A stretch of DNA of 54,136 nt, filler included, from Sphacelaria rigidula (Eukaryota): assembly GCA_964200075.2 (NCBI GenBank). It is 4 parts of 4 records of this genome, joined end to end, with 100 filler letters (N's around TTAATTAATTAA, not from the genome) between each part and the next. Parts side by side here need not be neighbours in the genome. Positions count along the whole stretch, not along the records: positions 40,680 to 54,136 come from CAXNAA020002875.1; 3 more parts are not named here. One strand, 5' to 3'. Positions within the stretch are counted from its first letter, which is position 1. Each line of letters opens with the position of its first letter. Below the pieces are notes generated by a model that saw nothing but the letters and a program-made list of their open reading frames with translations, was not told where the DNA came from and ran no database searches. Shown piece after piece: positions 50,243 through 54,136 of this stretch. The translations under genes were made by a program, and so were the position numbers.

Positions 50243-51238
50243 CTGTTTGCAAACATCCAACTTTCATTGTTTGTATCGATTCATATACTTTTCGAGTGAT
50301 GCTTCGGTAGGGGTGCACAAATAAATTCTGGCGTTAGAATTGTCAGAAGCCCTTCATCTCATCCAAAACATGACTTATGAAGATATGTGAGAGTACGCCA
50401 GGATTACTATTTCAATATGCTGGGAATATCCCGACTGAATTTGCAAACGGGTATGCCCTGATCCATATTCTTGTACATGTAGGATCTTTAGAAGCCCCTG
50501 AACCAGACAAGATTTCGCGCAAAAAGTGCACCCCTACCGTAGCATTGCTCTTCCTTGAAGGCACTCCAGACAACAAGGACAGCATAGTGCTGCAGAATAC
50601 TACCATCTCCTTCTTTCACCCAATAAGATAAATCTTGCGTAGTCTGTGTTTAAAACCCATTTCAGGACGTGTAATAAAAGCCAACGCCAGGCGCGTGAAT
50701 ACCGTAAGCTATAAATAGCTTGCAGGTACGATCGCTTCGGCCGTCGGCCATCCACACCTCCCAGATTTCGTGGATACCATGTCTTTGTGCCGTTGGCCTG
50801 ATAATTGTAAAACGCCACTCATGATTTTGCTCCCGTGTGATGAAAGTTACCCCGCACATGCACTTTTATAACATCTGCGTACATATCCGCACAAGAGTCG
50901 ACACCACCGCTTTGGGCTACGCTGTGGTGCAAAACTAGTACTCTGGTTTTCAATACGAATGCACCGTTCTATTCCTGAAAACAAAAAAAAACAAAACGTC
51001 CGGAAACAGTACGAATGCCGCAATTTTAGCGTGCTGTTCCGGCTCGGCGGAACTCCCGTCCGCACCACTGCAATATTATTCTATTTTTCTATTTTTGTAG
51101 ATACAATAGTAGTTGCGAAACTCAACCCTAAAAACTCTATTTAAAATGACTGGTCTGTAAAGTTTAACAAAAAAAAATATGTCGTTGTTCCATCTGGAAC
51201 ATATTTGGGCGCGGGTGTTTTCGTTAGCCTTGCCATAC

Positions 51239-51346
51239 CAGAATGTAACTGTGCAGTAGCACGAAACTCCGTCTCAAGGACTGCGGCACATGTATCCCCT
51301 GGTCCTCTAGCTGGCGGATGGTCTCAAACAAGATTCCGTGGGCCAC
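51239..51346 (-). CDS. WDR19: WDR19/IFT144 exon (VAHGILFETIRQLEDQGIHVPQSLRRSFVLLHSYIL); upstream exons lie right of the window
   Basis: ACAG / CTG|GTATGG, 108 nt; 'LHSYIL' motif continues in frame into the 50242 exon. Confidence 0.93.
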
Positions 51347-52278
51347 CTGTTTGTTGTTTTCATGAGAGGCGTGAAGCGTACGGTAGACGGTGCACGCAAA
51401 ATTTAGACACAACCTGAGGTAATCATGTCGTGCCATCGAGATGAAAGAGCACCCCGCCTTCTACCTCAATGTTTTGCCCCAGGAAGGAACACAGGGCACG
51501 CAAAACTCAGTGGAGGTTGACGTGACAAACCCTGCTCAAAACGAAATAATATTCTAGACTAGAACGACAATACTCCTTGCAGTTATTTCTTTTTGTGGAT
51601 TTTGTGGACAACAGTCGATTGTATCAGGTCTCATTCATTCTTTTGAATTATACTTGGACACTTTCCACGATAGCCCCCCCCAAACCAGCCCAAAAGTGTC
51701 ACGAAAAAAATGGCCATACAGTGCCTGATATTTGGGTTCAGGCTGCATGAACCGCCTCATATTGGCAACATTGGTGAGAACGAACCCGAGCGTGGGAATT
51801 CCCAGCTGCTCGTTGTGCTCGGCTTTTCCCATTTCGATTAACGTGAAGATTTTGCCTCCCGAAACCATGCACGTTCTGGGGGGGGTCTATCGTAGAAAAT
51901 GTCTTTGCAAGGTTTGTTGCTTGAAGAGTACTCGCTGAACGTTTACAAAAGATGAAAACCATGTTTTGTGTGTGAGTACAATCGAAATAGTCAATTTCTT
52001 GCACCTTGAACCCCGTAACGATATCCCTGACGTGTGTACCGAAAATGCTCATTCTAACCAGTCTTAGGTGCTATCTCATTGCCCCTTCAAACACTTCTTG
52101 AGCTTTCTACGCGGGTTTCATGCACGGAAGATGGTATCACCGCACGTACGGAACGAAAACGAAACGGGGCTTCCTGTCCGTCGCGTCGTTCTGATTTTCC
52201 AAGATGCTCTCACGACTGGGGGATTATTTTCGTCAGAGGGAAGGGTGTATATTCGACAGTACGCCCGGCGAACATGAC

Positions 52279-52406
52279 GCATGAGACGGGACGACAGAGA
52301 GCGTGAGACGGGACTGCAGGGCGTGAGACGGAACGGCAGGGCGTGAGACGGGACGGTAGGGCGTGAGACGAGACGGCAAGGCGTGAGACGGGACAGCAGG
52401 ACGTGA
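52279..52406 (+). repeat. 20-bp minisatellite (GCGTGAGACGGGACNGCAGG, ~6 units)
   Basis: Units start at 52301, 52321, 52341, 52361 and 52381. Confidence 0.9.
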
Positions 52407-52830
52407 ACCAGGACGACACTATGCCAGCGAAATACTAAGTTTGTGTCATCTGTATCGCTACTTCTTTCAATCCCTCTGGGTGTAGATACTACCTATACGA
52501 GGGGTAAAACACCACGAGTGTCCGGCAGGAAGTCGTCACGTTTTCACGTTGGCGACACCGAGGGATGACCCAGCTTGCCAGTTTCTTCTGGAAAACAAAC
52601 GCCCCGGGTTCGAATCCCGGCCTGGTCACCGCAAAGCTAAGCCGGTCACAAAAAAGTCACATAAATGGTGTACTCATGATCTTGCATACCGTGGTCACAT
52701 GATCATCGACCTCCAAAATCTACACAGCCGAGACGGAGCACGCAGGGGTTCTCGCCGGACTAGGTGGAGATAAACAAGCAGGGTTCACACGGATAAACAG
52801 ACAGACCTCCTGCGCAGGTGGTTCCCTTGG

Positions 52831-53272
52831 AACGAGATTTTACAAATTGGGGATTGATTTTTTTTATTGAGGATGAGAACCCGGAGAATTGAAATCTTCG
52901 TAGCCACACCAAATCCCCGAAATATAGTTCCATTCCTTTACCTACTGGTAGCTATTGACAACTATTACACGGCATATGAATTTGGATCCTGATAACCCAC
53001 ATGTTGTGGTCCTCGATGAAAAAACAATTTTGAGGAATTCGGAGGATTCGATCAGATCGCCGAAATTCCCGAAAATTGGCTTTTCACCCAGGGCCCAAAA
53101 TTTCGGTTATCGAAATCCAAATTTGTATGGCGTGTAGTAGTTGTCAATAGCCACCAGCAAGTGAAGAGATGGAACCCTATTTCGAAGATTTAGTGGTGTG
53201 TACACGAAGGTTTTCATTCTCCGGATTTCTCATCCCCAACAAAAATCCATCCCCAATTTGTAAACTCCCGTG
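52831..53272. mobile_element. Fold-back MITE, copy 3 (variant termini)
   Basis: TTTACAAATTGGGGAT / ATCCCCAATTTGTAAA; interior matches the 16.7-kb copy in the opposite orientation. Confidence 0.8.
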
Positions 53273-54136
53273 TTTTGGGCACACAATACACGCAAGAGAT
53301 GTGCAGAAAAAAAGGTATGGAATTATCCTCACCCCTAGCTGATAAAAGGGACGACTTGTACGGACCTCGTGACAAAGCGAGAGCAGGTGGTTTCGTATAA
53401 AGTGTAGTACAAGGCAGATGCGTATTTTAAAAATACTGCTACATTGACCCCGTGACTCGTACGGACTTCTTCACAGGAAAGAATATTATTATGGTAACAA
53501 GATTTGGATCAAGACAAAAAATAAGTTGACTTACAGATAGTTGGCATCGAATCTGTATTTGGGGTCATGACGGCTCGGAGCTGAAAGTTGTAGCTGGTAT
53601 CGGACCCCGGCATCATCAGTGTTCGATTTCGAAGCTTCCTGCCTTCAAAGACGCCAATATGGGACGTTACTCCCTACTCCTCCTTGATCACTTCTAATCT
53701 TGAGCGTCCTACATACAAAAACGTTGCTGTTCGACAGCAGAAGGTTTGTGCAACGTTATACTTGCATCAAGCGCAAACTTGCTCCCGCTATTTGACCATC
53801 TGCTGGATCTATGCCACTCTCGCACTTACCCCTTATCCTACTATACAGGAGGGCGGCGATTGTTTTCAGATTTTTTGCTGCCGTGGTAGCCTGGTTGTTG
53901 GTCTTCTGTACTACTACTGTATATGCCATGCGAGAAAAAAGAGTAGAGGGCGAAACAGATCAGTATACAACGCACTGGCATTGTACACACATCCATTTTT
54001 GTCGGGTTCTCGCACAAGCTTCGCCGTGACTTCACCACCCCCCCACCCCCACGAGGAGACCCACGTGGAGAATGGTGAAGAAAATGACAGAATGTGCCAA
54101 AAGTGCCATGATGCTAGACGGGGAAATATCGCAATA

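Noticed and set aside
52279..52406. 20-bp repeats as CRISPR or iterons
   Set aside because: Pure tandem minisatellite without unique spacers.

Overview
Eukaryotic, intron-rich, repeat-dense genomic DNA. The gene set (IFT144, INPP4), the many short exons in long introns and the repeat families suggest a brown alga (Phaeophyceae) or related stramenopile; this host call is inference. Three spliced genes can be reconstructed by hand, mostly hidden from the ORF track. (1) A minus-strand inositol polyphosphate 4-phosphatase (INPP4-like) gene with an apparent N-terminal PH domain; its exons run from about 38-40 kb down to 417 and continue past the left edge. (2) A plus-strand gene for a C2HC zinc-finger protein (43256-44931). 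(3) The last six exons of WDR19/IFT144 on the minus strand (51346 to 45475), whose C-terminal zinc-knuckle cysteines are largely replaced. Introns are filled with decayed Copia and RTE-like retroelements, LINE 3' tails, two tRNA-headed SINE families and several MITE or fold-back families, some nested. Three 100-bp assembly gaps carry an artificial TTAATTAATTAA linker. I found no CRISPR array, rRNA, intact tRNA or prokaryote-type system.
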